From an uncultured virus (IMG/VR IMGVR_UViG_2648501751_000004) (Duplodnaviria > Heunggongvirae > Uroviricota > Caudoviricetes): a DNA stretch of 64,000 nucleotides. The DNA is taken from the IMG/VR virus record IMGVR_UViG_2648501751_000004, one strand, 5' to 3'. The notes below the pieces were generated by a model. It made no database searches. It had not been told where the DNA came from and worked only from the letters and a program-made list of their open reading frames with translations. The position numbers were made by a program, and so were the translations under genes. Below, piece after piece: positions 25,030 through 35,399 of this stretch. The first letter of the stretch is position 1. Each line of letters starts with the position of its first letter.

Positions 25030-25550
25030 TGCGCGCCGGCCTCATGTCGTCCCGCCTCCGTGTGCTAGATGCCGGTACCGAGATCGGCAAGCTCTGGGCG
25101 GACGTGCGCCCGCCTCTCGATGTAAGCGAGCAGACCAGCCTCAGAGAGAGCGGCCAAACCAAGATACTGGTGCGACCTCATTACACGCTCCGGCCTGGCA
25201 TGCTCCTCGAGGGCGGCGGCCAGCTGTACGTCATCGACGGCATGGCCGACCGCCTGGTCAAAAAGCAGGACATACACCTGAGCTGCACCCGCCTGCTCGG
25301 CCGGCCCGGGGTGTACCGACAGGCCAACACCACCGAGACTACGGCCCGCGTGTTCGTCGCCACCAGCACCCCCTATGTCGGGCTGGACGGCCAACTGATG
25401 CAGCACCGGTACCGGCTCGAGATTCCGAGCATTGACCGACCCGCGCCCTGGCACCCGGGAGACAAAATCATTGTCGATGGTGTGGAGTACCCGCTCACCG
25501 GCCTGGCCGAGGATGGCGACAACGGTCTGATCGTGGCGTACACCTCATGA
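25029..25550 (+). CDS. Head-closure/adaptor-like protein
   Basis: MRAG.M..RL N-terminus; position. Confidence 0.65.
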   Translation: MRAGLMSSRLRVLDAGTEIGKLWADVRPPLDVSEQTSLRESGQTKILVRPHYTLRPGMLLEGGGQLYVIDGMADRLVKKQDIHLSCTRLLGRPGVYRQANTTETTARVFVATSTPYVGLDGQLMQHRYRLEIPSIDRPAPWHPGDKIIVDGVEYPLTGLAEDGDNGLIVAYTS

Positions 25551-26101
25551 GCTACACCCTCCAGACCCAAGGCGCTGATCGCCTGGCCAGCCTGCTGGGT
25601 GCATTTGATAAAGAGACCGAGCGGGCCCAGAAGAACGCCCTCAACGCCGCCGCCTCGGAATTCAAGCGCGGCTTCGTCAATGACATTAGCGCCGGTACCG
25701 GGCTGAAAAAGAAGCTGGTTAGAGGCCGAATTCGAGTCAGTCGCGCCAAGGGCGCAGCCGGCGAAGCTCGGATAATCCCGGACAGCCAGGGCTTGCCCAT
25801 TACCGAATACACCTGGCGACCCGAACCTGCCGGCCATCCGACCCGGGCCCGGATTCTTATTCGCTGGTTTGGGGGCTGGAAAGTTGCGGCCGGGTTCATC
25901 AACCCCGAATCCGAACGGCCCCTGCCTTTGAAAACGATCACATCAAAAGGCCGCCGGCGGCGCCCTGTTCTGGCTCACGGCGTCAGCGTGGCTGCTGCTT
26001 TCAAGCATGTGCGGGACGACGGTCGACTGGATCGATACTCAGCGCGCCTGGCGGAAATATTTGAAGAAAAGCTCGAAGAGCAGATCAACCGGAGAGCCTG
26101 A
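25547..26101 (+). CDS. Tail completion protein (lambda Z-like)
   Basis: Basic protein; position. Confidence 0.65.
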   Translation: MSYTLQTQGADRLASLLGAFDKETERAQKNALNAAASEFKRGFVNDISAGTGLKKKLVRGRIRVSRAKGAAGEARIIPDSQGLPITEYTWRPEPAGHPTRARILIRWFGGWKVAAGFINPESERPLPLKTITSKGRRRRPVLAHGVSVAAAFKHVRDDGRLDRYSARLAEIFEEKLEEQINRRA

Positions 26102-26103
26102 CC

Positions 26104-26565
26104 ATGGCCGACCCCAAATCACTGAGGGTGATCAAGCACCTGCAGTCAGCGCTTGAGCAGATAAATACGCCCGACTACAGCACCGATGCAGGCACCCGAA
26201 TCAGCCGAGGCCGGAAGCGCATCAGCAACCAGGAGACATTTCCCCTTCTGATCATTCACGAGGGAGAGGAAGAAGTCGTCAAAACCGTTGGCATTGAGCA
26301 GGTACAAAACCGCTTGAACGTGACCATCGAAGGTTGGGTTCAGGCTGATCCGGTAAACCCGCTCGATGATGCGCATCTGCTGCTGGCAGACATCAAGAAG
26401 TCTTTGTTTCCGGCGCTCGAAAATCGCAGCAATCCCGGGCTGATCGTCAGGGTTTCATACCTGGGGCGCGTGATCGATCCGCCCGATGACGGCTCCCGTT
26501 CCTGTTCTGTCTCTGTCCTGCTCGCCATTGACTGGACAGAACATCTCACCGACCCCACGAAATAG
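26104..26565 (+). CDS. Tail terminator-like protein
   Basis: Position before tail tube; size. Confidence 0.65.
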   Translation: MADPKSLRVIKHLQSALEQINTPDYSTDAGTRISRGRKRISNQETFPLLIIHEGEEEVVKTVGIEQVQNRLNVTIEGWVQADPVNPLDDAHLLLADIKKSLFPALENRSNPGLIVRVSYLGRVIDPPDDGSRSCSVSVLLAIDWTEHLTDPTK

Positions 26566-26576
26566 AGGATCGAACT

Positions 26577-27311
26577 ATGGCTGAGCAAATCAACGAGGCG
26601 TATATCGGCTCCGGTATCGTCTACATCAACGGCCGCGACGTAGGCAACTGCTCGAACGTGAACTTCGCGATCGAACAGGAAACCCAATCGCAGCGTAATT
26701 ACCGGGGCGGTGGCGGCAACTTTGCCTCCGTTACGAATATCACCTCCGTCGCCCTCTCCATGGAGCTGGCAAACTTCAGCAACGCCAACCTGGCGCTTGC
26801 TCTTCGTGGTGTTGTGGATGTGGTTGCCGCAGGCTCCGTGGTTGCGGAGAACGTCACGGCCGTTGCCGGTGGCCTGGCCGAAACGGCCAAGATGATCGAT
26901 ATGACCGATCCGGCAACCACCGTCACCGTCAAGGATGAAACCGACACCACCACCTACGTTCAGGGCACGGACTACGAAGTAACGGCCGCCGGCCTCAAGA
27001 TTCTGAGTACCGGCTCGATTACCGACGGTGAAGTGCTTCACGTGGATTACGACAACAAAGGCACCAACGTTCTGGAAGCCCTGGTGGAATCCGGCTCGGA
27101 AGTTCGAGTGGTGCTGGATGGTATCAACGACGCTACCGGCAAGCCGGTGACGGTTAAGGTGCACCGCTGGAAGCCCTCCCCAACCAATGGCCTTGGCCTG
27201 ATCTCTGACAGCTTCGCGACCTTCAGCATCGAAGGTGAAGTACTGGCCGATGAGACCATCCAGGCTGCTGGCAAATCCAAGTTCTTCAGCCGGGCCGCTG
27301 CGACTGCCTGA
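26577..27311 (+). CDS. Major tail (tube) protein
   Basis: YIGSG.VY...DVGNCS...NLALAL; position. Confidence 0.8.
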   Translation: MAEQINEAYIGSGIVYINGRDVGNCSNVNFAIEQETQSQRNYRGGGGNFASVTNITSVALSMELANFSNANLALALRGVVDVVAAGSVVAENVTAVAGGLAETAKMIDMTDPATTVTVKDETDTTTYVQGTDYEVTAAGLKILSTGSITDGEVLHVDYDNKGTNVLEALVESGSEVRVVLDGINDATGKPVTVKVHRWKPSPTNGLGLISDSFATFSIEGEVLADETIQAAGKSKFFSRAAATA

Positions 27312-27386
27312 ACCATCACCAACCAGGTGGGGCCGACCGGCCCCGCCTGATCTCCCTCCCCGCATTGACCACCCCAGGACAACCCG

Positions 27387-30300
27387 ATGGCGCTGAAAGA
27401 CTCGATCATTAACCTGGTCCTCAAAGGCAAGGATCTGATTTCCCCGGCCACGGAATCCGCGTCTGAAAGTGTCAGCAAGCTGCAGGAACGCAGTACCGAA
27501 CTGAGCGCGGCTCTGGAAAAGCTCACCAATACCGAACGAAATATTTCTCAGTTCCGGCGTCTCGGACAAGAAACCGAGCGATTGAAGGCCAACTGGCAGG
27601 ATGCTGAATACGAACTGGAACAGCTGAAAGCAGGTTTTGAAGCGACTGAGAAGCCAACAAAGGCTATGGCTCGGGAGTTGCAGCAAGCCGAGAAAGCAGC
27701 CGAAGACTCCAAAATTGCCTGGGCCCGGAACAGGCAAGAACTGGACAAGCTCAGCCCTCAACTGAAGGCCGCCGGCGTTAACCTGGAGAACCTCGACCAA
27801 TCCCAGGACGACGTGCAGCAATCCGCCATGCGGTTGCGCTCTGACCTTACCGCCGTCAACACCCAGCTCAACCGGCAGGAGGCGGCCGCGAAAGAGGCGG
27901 CACAGGGCACCGAGGCTCTGGGCGATCAGGCCGACAAAACCTCCGGGGTACTGAGTAAGCTGGGTGCAGGCCTGCAAACCATTATCACTGGTGCGGCAGC
28001 ACTGGCGGCTGGTATCGGCGCATCCGTCGCCACTCTCACCCTGTTTTCCCGCAGCCAGGCCTCAGTGGCAGACGCCCTGACCAACACCTCAAACGCCATA
28101 GGCGTCAACCGCGAGGCTCTACAGGTCTGGCAGATCGCCGGCGAGCGCGTTGGCCTCACGGGTGAAAAGGTCACCGACATCCTGCGGGGTGTTACCGAGC
28201 GGCTGGGTGAATTTGCGGCTACCGGCGGGGGCGAAGCCGTCGATGTAATGGAGCGTTTGAATCTCAGCGTTGAGGATTTCCAGGGATTGCGGCCAGAAGG
28301 CCAGATGCTCCGGTTTGCCCAGGCCATTGAGGGCCTGCCGAAAGCCGAGCAGGTAGCCCTCCTGGAGATGCTGGCCAGCGACGCCAGCCAGCTCCAGCCC
28401 CTGCTGGAGAAGAACGCCGCGGGCCTCAAGGCCATTGCCGCCGAAGCCCGGCAGGCTGGCGCGATTTATTCCGAGGAAGAGCTGGACAAGCTCGTCCGCG
28501 CCAACGACATCTACAATACCATCACCACCAAGATCCAGGGCCTCACACGCCGAATCGGCATTGAGCTGGCTCCCGCGGTTGCTGATGCCAGTGACAAGCT
28601 GCTCGCGCTGTTCAACCAGAACGAGGGTGCCGACAAGCTCGTCGAGCTGTTCAAGCGGTTGATTACCTGGGCTGGGGAGATGGGAACGAGCCTGATCGAA
28701 AATGCCGACAGCATCGGCCGGGCCTTTGGCAAGCTGTGGGACACAATTCAGTCCGGCGCCAGTGGAGCGATGGCGGTGTTCCGTGGCCTGCAGACGGTGG
28801 TTGCCGGCTGGGCCACGGGGGTTGCGGGTAGCTTTGCCACTGTGCTCAGCATCGTTCAAGGTGTCGCATTTGCGCTGAATGAAGTTGGAGCGGTCAGTGA
28901 TCAGGCTTACAACAGCATCCGCGCAAAAGCAGAGGCTGCCAGGGCCACCACCCAGGCGTTGGCGGAGCAGACGGTCGAATACGGACGAAAAGCGATTGAA
29001 TCCGGGATAGGCGTTGTTACGGCCTTTGATGACGCCGCCAAGTCTGCTGACAAATTGGAGAAAGCCGTCAAGCGTGGGGTGGGCACGCTGGAAAAAATGC
29101 CGGACAAGATCAAACCGGTAAAGCAGGAAACCGATAACGCCACGGAATCAGCTGACAAACTCACTGAGGCGTACAAAACGCTGGGCGTCACCAGTCAGGC
29201 CGAGCTCAACAAAGCCGCCACCACGGCCCGCGATGCGTTCGCACAGATTTCAGAAAGCGGAACCGCCACCCAGGAGAAGGTGTCCAGCGCCTTTCAGGCC
29301 TATGCCCAGGCGGTCATTGAAACCGGCGATGCGGCGAAGATAAAAGCTCTCGAGACTGAGGCCGCGAATCTTGGACTGAGAGACGCGCTCAAAGAGGTCC
29401 AGACTCAGGCCGATAAAACAGGAACAACCGCTGCTGGCAACGCGCAGAAAACCGCCGACGAGACCGACAAGGCCGCCAAGTCCACCAAGGACCTGGCCGA
29501 TGAGACGAAAAAAGCCGCCGCCGAGGCTGAAGAAGCCCGGAACAAATTCAGGGAAACTTGGGGCGCAGCCTTTGCCAAGGCTATCTCCAACGCCCGCGAA
29601 CAGGTCACCGCCCTGTCAGCTGCTGCCCGCAACCTGTTCGAAATTAAGATCGGCGGCAACGCGTTTGTTGGTGAGACACGAACCGCCGCCGAAGCCCTCG
29701 AGCGCGCCACTCAACGGACGGAGGAACTGGCCAGCGCCAGACGCCGGCTGATGTCTAACAGCTTCGCTGCATGGTTTGCGGACACCGCATTGGCGGCGGC
29801 CCAGGTGGAAAAACAGTTCTACGCCCAGGCCGTAGCCCTGGAAAACCTCACTGAAAAGGTCAATTCCGGCTCGCTCTCTATGAGCCAGCTCTCCCGCCTC
29901 AGTGAAACCGCCTCCAACAAATTCAACCTGCTGGACCAGCAGCGCCTGAGCGGCCTCCAAAGCGCCATCGATGCCGCCAAGCAGAAGATGCAGAGCCTCA
30001 GCGATACGGCAGACAGCACCCTCAGCAGTCTGCGCCAGAGACTGGCGGACATCCAGGGCGACACCGAAGAGGCTCAGCGCATCCAGTTTGAACAGGAACG
30101 CAAGCGCCTGCAGGAGCAACTGGAGCAAGCTAGGGAAGCCGGTGCCGACGCTGCCGCCGCTGATTACCAGCAGTCCCTAGACACCCTGGAGAAGATCTAC
30201 CAGGTAGAACAACGCAACCGTCGGGAACAGGAGAACGCCCGGGAAAAGGCCGCAGCAGACAGAGCCCGGGAGCAACAGCTGGCAGAGTTGCAGCGGCAAA

Positions 30301-30470
30301 AGGCGGAACGATCGGCCAGTACAACCACCAACCGGCAGGACAGTGTGCAATCACGACCTACCCAGACCATCGTACTGCAGGGGCCGGGCGGGGCAAAAAC
30401 AGAAGTGCAGACCAGCGACCCGTCCGCCCTGCTCCAGGTACTTGAAGAAACCGGTCTACGGAGCTCATAA
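27387..30470 (+). CDS. Tail tape measure protein
   Basis: 1027 aa, Ala/Glu/Gln-rich helical; position. Confidence 0.92.
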   Translation: MALKDSIINLVLKGKDLISPATESASESVSKLQERSTELSAALEKLTNTERNISQFRRLGQETERLKANWQDAEYELEQLKAGFEATEKPTKAMARELQQAEKAAEDSKIAWARNRQELDKLSPQLKAAGVNLENLDQSQDDVQQSAMRLRSDLTAVNTQLNRQEAAAKEAAQGTEALGDQADKTSGVLSKLGAGLQTIITGAAALAAGIGASVATLTLFSRSQASVADALTNTSNAIGVNREALQVWQIAGERVGLTGEKVTDILRGVTERLGEFAATGGGEAVDVMERLNLSVEDFQGLRPEGQMLRFAQAIEGLPKAEQVALLEMLASDASQLQPLLEKNAAGLKAIAAEARQAGAIYSEEELDKLVRANDIYNTITTKIQGLTRRIGIELAPAVADASDKLLALFNQNEGADKLVELFKRLITWAGEMGTSLIENADSIGRAFGKLWDTIQSGASGAMAVFRGLQTVVAGWATGVAGSFATVLSIVQGVAFALNEVGAVSDQAYNSIRAKAEAARATTQALAEQTVEYGRKAIESGIGVVTAFDDAAKSADKLEKAVKRGVGTLEKMPDKIKPVKQETDNATESADKLTEAYKTLGVTSQAELNKAATTARDAFAQISESGTATQEKVSSAFQAYAQAVIETGDAAKIKALETEAANLGLRDALKEVQTQADKTGTTAAGNAQKTADETDKAAKSTKDLADETKKAAAEAEEARNKFRETWGAAFAKAISNAREQVTALSAAARNLFEIKIGGNAFVGETRTAAEALERATQRTEELASARRRLMSNSFAAWFADTALAAAQVEKQFYAQAVALENLTEKVNSGSLSMSQLSRLSETASNKFNLLDQQRLSGLQSAIDAAKQKMQSLSDTADSTLSSLRQRLADIQGDTEEAQRIQFEQERKRLQEQLEQAREAGADAAAADYQQSLDTLEKIYQVEQRNRREQENAREKAAADRAREQQLAELQRQKAERSASTTTNRQDSVQSRPTQTIVLQGPGGAKTEVQTSDPSALLQVLEETGLRSS

Positions 30471-30472
30471 CC

Positions 30473-30862
30473 ATGGATATCACCCTGAGCGATGGCACCA
30501 CCTCCCTCACCCTGCCACCCGATATGCAGTGGACAGACGAGTTTGGCTGGACCCCGGTGGAGCACAGCACCGACTACAGCGCCACCGGCAGCCTGATTGT
30601 GCAGGAGGGCGAGCGACAGGACGGCAGGCCAATCACCCTGGCCACCGGCGATGGCCGTGTGCTCACCCGGGCGGAGCTGCTCCAACTCTATGCGCTGGCC
30701 GCAATACCGAACCAGGTGCTGACGCTGACCCTCTGGGGCCGGACCTTCAGCGTTATGTTCCGTCGCCCGGCCCTCGAGGCACAGGAGCTTTACCGGCAGG
30801 CCAACCCCGGCACCGATCACCCCTATACCGTCACCATTAACCTGATGGAGATCACCCCATGA
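30473..30862 (+). CDS. Distal tail-like virion protein
   Basis: LPPDMQWTDEFGWTPV...GRPITL; follows tape measure. Confidence 0.75.
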   Translation: MDITLSDGTTSLTLPPDMQWTDEFGWTPVEHSTDYSATGSLIVQEGERQDGRPITLATGDGRVLTRAELLQLYALAAIPNQVLTLTLWGRTFSVMFRRPALEAQELYRQANPGTDHPYTVTINLMEITP

Positions 30863-32340
30863 CAATCACCAGCGACCAGATCGTCCTCTCGGAATCCGAG
30901 GTTATGGCCGATACGGATGATGGCGGCGGCCGCATGAGCGGGCGGATCGTCGTCTCCGGCCAGATCAACAACACGTTCCCGGATATCAGCCGGATCGACC
31001 GGGTATACGGCCGCGTGAACCTCCGCAAGTTGTACCTGTTCGTGAACGCCGCCAACCAGGACACCCTACTGGGCGCGCACACCATCCTTAGCGACCGGCC
31101 TGATGACCCGAACGTCCATGTGCTGCTGTTCAACACCGAGAGCCACACCGACCGCCGGATTGATGCGCAGGACAGAATCGAGAGCTACGTGGTCGCCAGC
31201 AACGAGGCGCCGGTCTGGCTGCGGGGACGGCAGCTTGCAGGTCAGCGGGCGATACAGGCCCTGGCCCGAACCAATAACCAGCAGGATCCGGAGCCCGGGC
31301 AGATCTATGTGCTAACAGACCTTGACGCCGGCAGCGAGCAGTACGTCCGCATCACCGGCGTCGAGATCAAGGAGCAGACGTTCACCATCGACCGTGGCAG
31401 CTATGGCTTCTACAACTTCCAGCTCAAGACCTACGTGATCGAACTGGCCCAGCCGCTGGAATATGACTTCGATGGCAGCGACCCGCACCCGACCGGCAAC
31501 CTCAAGGACAACATCAAGATCCTGAAAACCCAGGTGGCCGACGCCGCCAAGTATTTCGGCGCCTCCCCACTGGCCGCCCCTGCCGCAGTGGGCGATCGCG
31601 TCATCACCGTGCAAAGCACCTATTCCCCGCTGGTGCCCAGCGCCCAGAGCGAGAACGCCATCACCGACCAGGCCGCCGGCGCCCAAGCCGCCATCATCCA
31701 GCCGGCCAGCAACAACACCATCACCGTCAGCGCCGACGACGTAACCACCGACACCAACGGCGCTGGCATCTACTACACGGGGCGGGCCATTGTCCCGGGC
31801 ACTCTGGTGATCTCGGGCAGTAACGGCCAGTACACCGACCAAGGCGGCAAGCTGGTCTACACCGGGGGCAGCAACAACCTGGACACTGAAAACAGCGCGG
31901 TCGATTACATCAACGGCGAGATCCGGGCGTTTTACTCGGGCGGCAGCCGATTCAATTCGGTCACGCTCACCTTCCAGCCCGGGGCCGTGGTCAACCAGCA
32001 GACCAAGCAGGCCAGTCTGGAGGTCAACCAGCAAACCCGCAGCCTGACGTGGGTGCACCAGACCGAGCCCAAAGCCTCCCCGGCCACACTCACCGTGGAG
32101 TACCGGGCGCAGGGTAACTGGTATCTGCTGCGGGATTATGGCGCCGGCGAGCTCACCGGCGACGGCACAGGCACCATCGACTACGCCACCGGCACCGTCA
32201 ACTTCACCCTGGCCGCGCTGCCGGATGCCGGCACCAACATCATCATCGCCTGGGGTGAGAAGCAGGGCACGGTCATCGAGGCCGGCGCCACCATCCCGGA
32301 CGCCCCCACCATCCGATTTGAAGTCGGCGAAACCGTTTAA
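30859..32340 (+). CDS. Tail structural protein (part 1)
   Basis: DTDDGGGRMSG...FPDISRIDRVYGRVNLRK; G.IDY.TG repeats. Confidence 0.8.
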   Translation: MTITSDQIVLSESEVMADTDDGGGRMSGRIVVSGQINNTFPDISRIDRVYGRVNLRKLYLFVNAANQDTLLGAHTILSDRPDDPNVHVLLFNTESHTDRRIDAQDRIESYVVASNEAPVWLRGRQLAGQRAIQALARTNNQQDPEPGQIYVLTDLDAGSEQYVRITGVEIKEQTFTIDRGSYGFYNFQLKTYVIELAQPLEYDFDGSDPHPTGNLKDNIKILKTQVADAAKYFGASPLAAPAAVGDRVITVQSTYSPLVPSAQSENAITDQAAGAQAAIIQPASNNTITVSADDVTTDTNGAGIYYTGRAIVPGTLVISGSNGQYTDQGGKLVYTGGSNNLDTENSAVDYINGEIRAFYSGGSRFNSVTLTFQPGAVVNQQTKQASLEVNQQTRSLTWVHQTEPKASPATLTVEYRAQGNWYLLRDYGAGELTGDGTGTIDYATGTVNFTLAALPDAGTNIIIAWGEKQGTVIEAGATIPDAPTIRFEVGETV

Positions 32341-32352
32341 GGAGTTACCCGC

Positions 32353-34473
32353 ATGGGCATGGTCGCACAACCCTATACCTTCGCCAGCGCACAGATTAAG
32401 CGCAATCTGTCCGCCGGCAGCGTCGTCGTCAAATGGACGACCGGCGGTACACAGTACACCCTGACCGATGACGGCGCTGGCGGACTGACCGGCGCCGGCA
32501 CCGGTACCATCAGCTACTCAAACGGCCTGATCTTCATCAACCCGGACCCAGCCCCGAGCCCGGCAGGTGGCGACTACACCATTGAGTACGAGGACTGGCA
32601 GGGCACCACCAAGTTGACGGACAGCATCACCCTGGTCACCACTGCCGGGTCTGATACCACCTACAGCCCGGCAGTCGCTATGCGGCCCGGCTCAGTGGAT
32701 ATTCGGCTCAGCGTGCAAAGGATCGCAAAACGCTGGATCTATCTGCCAATATCCGGAAAGACGGACCGCATCGAGTACACCACCGATCAAGTGGCCATCA
32801 CTGACGACGGGAACGGAAACCTGCGCCGAGAAAAAGGCGGGCCTGTACTGGGCACCGTCAATTATGCAACCGGCGAAATCACCTTTGACGCCAGGCAGAG
32901 CTATGACTACAAGATTTATCCCGAAGCTTCCTTAATTGGTAGCGGAATCTATTGGAGAGTCGATACAGAATCGGCGATAGAGTCCTACAACGGAACCACC
33001 GCGACCATCGAATGGACAGATCCGGCCGACCCGGTTCAGGTTCGCAGCACCACGCGCCCTATCCCAGGGCTGACCATCGACCTGACGCCGACCAGCAGCC
33101 GCACCATCATTCCGAACAGCGTTCTGTTCCAGATCGGCAGCACCCTCTACCGCGACCAGGACGGCGCCATCGTCAAAGACTGGTCGCCTGTCACCAACAC
33201 CGGCACCGCCGTCGGCAGCATCGACTACGCCTCCGGACTGGCCACGTTGACTGACTACCCGGCGGACACCCCAACCAGCACCCCAGTCACGCTGCTGGCC
33301 TGCCTGACAACGCTCAACCAGGCCCCAGCGAACCGAACCATCTTCCGGACCGCCGGATCGCCGCTGCGGGAGGGAAGCCTGATCGTCAACGCCACCGACA
33401 TCGAGGGCAACCAGGTCACGCTGAACGCTGACACGGCGGGCAACCTCACCGGAGGTAGCATCGTCTCCGGGTTCGTGGATACGCAAACCGGGCTGGTCAC
33501 GATTCAGTGGTCGGACGACACCGCCTCAAGCGGTCCGCCCGTGGTGCCCAGCACCGTGCGTTACAGCGCCGTCAGCTATACATTCCTGCCGTTGGACGCC
33601 GATCTGGTTGGTCTCGATGCTACCCGCCTGCCCAGCGATGGCCGCGTCCCTCAGTTCAACCTGGGAGACGTGATCGTGGTCAGCAACACCCAGAGCACCG
33701 AGCTGGCCACCGTCACCGCCGGGCAGGTGGTGGACTTCGGCCGCGTCAATCAGGCCGAGGCCTGGGTGGAGGGTGCTAACGGCAACCGGCTGGATCCGGC
33801 ACAGTACACCCTCGACACCACCGCCGGCACCCTGACCTTTGCCGACCCGCTGGCGCTGGTCGATGTGGACGCCAACGCCGTCACCGAACCGCTCACCGTC
33901 TACAACCGCGTGGAAGACATGGGGTTGGCCACCGACGTACAGATCGGCGGGCAGATCGGCCTGAATATTCCGCTCTCCCAGGACTACACCGCCGGCGAAA
34001 CCATCGCCAGTGCAGCCGTGCTCTATGGCGACCTACGCGCCCGCACCTATAACGCCTTTCATCAGCAGGCATGGAGCGGCACCTGGTCCGATGATCTGGT
34101 CGGTAACAGCACTACCGCCAAGTACAACCTGGTGAGCAACCCCATCGAGATCACCAACCAGGGCGCGATCAAGGAACGCTGGGCAATCCGGTTTACCAGC
34201 AGCACCAGCTTTGAGGTAATCGGGGAGACCGTGGGCGTGGTCGCCACCGGGAACATCAGCGCCGACTTGGCGCCAACCAACCAGGCCACTGGCGCACCGT
34301 ACTTCACCATCCGATCCGCCGGCTGGGGCAGTGGCTGGGTAAGCGGCAACACCTTGCGTTTCAACACAGATGGCGGACAGGCACCCTTCTGGGTGGCGCG
34401 TACGATCGTGGCGGGGCGGGCCGTCGAAGAGACTGACCAATTCGCCACGCAGAACAGGGGGGATGCTGACTAA
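32353..34473 (+). CDS. Tail structural protein (part 2)
   Basis: Own RBS GGAG; G.(I/V).Y..G repeats; GLDATRLPSDGRVP. Confidence 0.8.
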   Translation: MGMVAQPYTFASAQIKRNLSAGSVVVKWTTGGTQYTLTDDGAGGLTGAGTGTISYSNGLIFINPDPAPSPAGGDYTIEYEDWQGTTKLTDSITLVTTAGSDTTYSPAVAMRPGSVDIRLSVQRIAKRWIYLPISGKTDRIEYTTDQVAITDDGNGNLRREKGGPVLGTVNYATGEITFDARQSYDYKIYPEASLIGSGIYWRVDTESAIESYNGTTATIEWTDPADPVQVRSTTRPIPGLTIDLTPTSSRTIIPNSVLFQIGSTLYRDQDGAIVKDWSPVTNTGTAVGSIDYASGLATLTDYPADTPTSTPVTLLACLTTLNQAPANRTIFRTAGSPLREGSLIVNATDIEGNQVTLNADTAGNLTGGSIVSGFVDTQTGLVTIQWSDDTASSGPPVVPSTVRYSAVSYTFLPLDADLVGLDATRLPSDGRVPQFNLGDVIVVSNTQSTELATVTAGQVVDFGRVNQAEAWVEGANGNRLDPAQYTLDTTAGTLTFADPLALVDVDANAVTEPLTVYNRVEDMGLATDVQIGGQIGLNIPLSQDYTAGETIASAAVLYGDLRARTYNAFHQQAWSGTWSDDLVGNSTTAKYNLVSNPIEITNQGAIKERWAIRFTSSTSFEVIGETVGVVATGNISADLAPTNQATGAPYFTIRSAGWGSGWVSGNTLRFNTDGGQAPFWVARTIVAGRAVEETDQFATQNRGDAD

Positions 34474-35399
34474 TGGCAGAGCAAGCAAGCAAAGTTTCAG
34501 GCGTCGTCCAAATTGACGGCAACCCGGCCCAGCGCACTGTCCGCGCATTCGGGTATAGCGCAACTAGCCACAACATCGATGGCCAAGCCGTTGACCTAAG
34601 CAGATCCCTTGGTCACGCCTACAGCGACCCAGACACCGGTGAGTACACCATCGATCTGCTGGCCGGCTACGGATACGAGGTTTTCGTAGTGGCCTTCGAC
34701 GACTACGGCCTAGACTTTGCCCCTGACCTCAACGTGGCCGTGGGCGACCGTGTTCATCCGACCACCCCGAACGGTTACGTTTGGGAATGCACAAGTTCCG
34801 GAACCTTGCCGACCGACGAGCCTACTTGGATTGTGGATACTGAGACATCTCAGATATACGGCACCTCCTCGATGATCGCCAAGCCATTCTACCGGCCAAT
34901 GGTGCATGGGCCAGTAAAGCCGGTAGTTATGGTGGTGGATACACCAACGGTAAATGTGTCGTCGTTCTGGCGCTTATACATAACTGAAAATAGCGGATCG
35001 GAAACCAGCTACACCGCAGCTATGGCAGAATTTAAGTTTTTCGATGCTAATGGAACGTATTTCCCGGCAACTTCTGGCGCAGTGTTGTTTAGCAGCCAAA
35101 ATAACACCACTTCTAATTCCGCAAGCAACGCCTTTGATGACGACGTATCGAACTACTGGTGTTCAAATGGCAGTGATCCGCTACCGCAATGGATTGGCTA
35201 CGAGTTTCCAGAGCCTTTAGAGGTTTCTGCAGTGACTCTAGAATCTGGCCCGACTTCCTTTTTCGTACAAAGGATGCCGATAACATTCGACATTCAGCGA
35301 TCAGATGATGGCGTGACATGGGAGACTGTAAAAAGCATCACTGCCGATCCGACATGGACGGAAAATGAAACTAGAACCTACTCGCTAACGGCGTCATGA
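34473..35399 (+). CDS. Putative receptor-binding protein with C-terminal discoidin/F5-8-like domain
   Basis: ASNAFDDDVSNYW...PQWIGYEF...F.IQ.SDDG.TW; AT-richer 3' half. Confidence 0.7.
   Translation: MAEQASKVSGVVQIDGNPAQRTVRAFGYSATSHNIDGQAVDLSRSLGHAYSDPDTGEYTIDLLAGYGYEVFVVAFDDYGLDFAPDLNVAVGDRVHPTTPNGYVWECTSSGTLPTDEPTWIVDTETSQIYGTSSMIAKPFYRPMVHGPVKPVVMVVDTPTVNVSSFWRLYITENSGSETSYTAAMAEFKFFDANGTYFPATSGAVLFSSQNNTTSNSASNAFDDDVSNYWCSNGSDPLPQWIGYEFPEPLEVSAVTLESGPTSFFVQRMPITFDIQRSDDGVTWETVKSITADPTWTENETRTYSLTAS

Noticed and set aside
19487..28859. Long antisense ORFs (e.g. 20863..22329, 22961..24295, 26340..27977)
   Set aside because: Shadow frames of GC-rich head and tail genes with no recognisable motifs.
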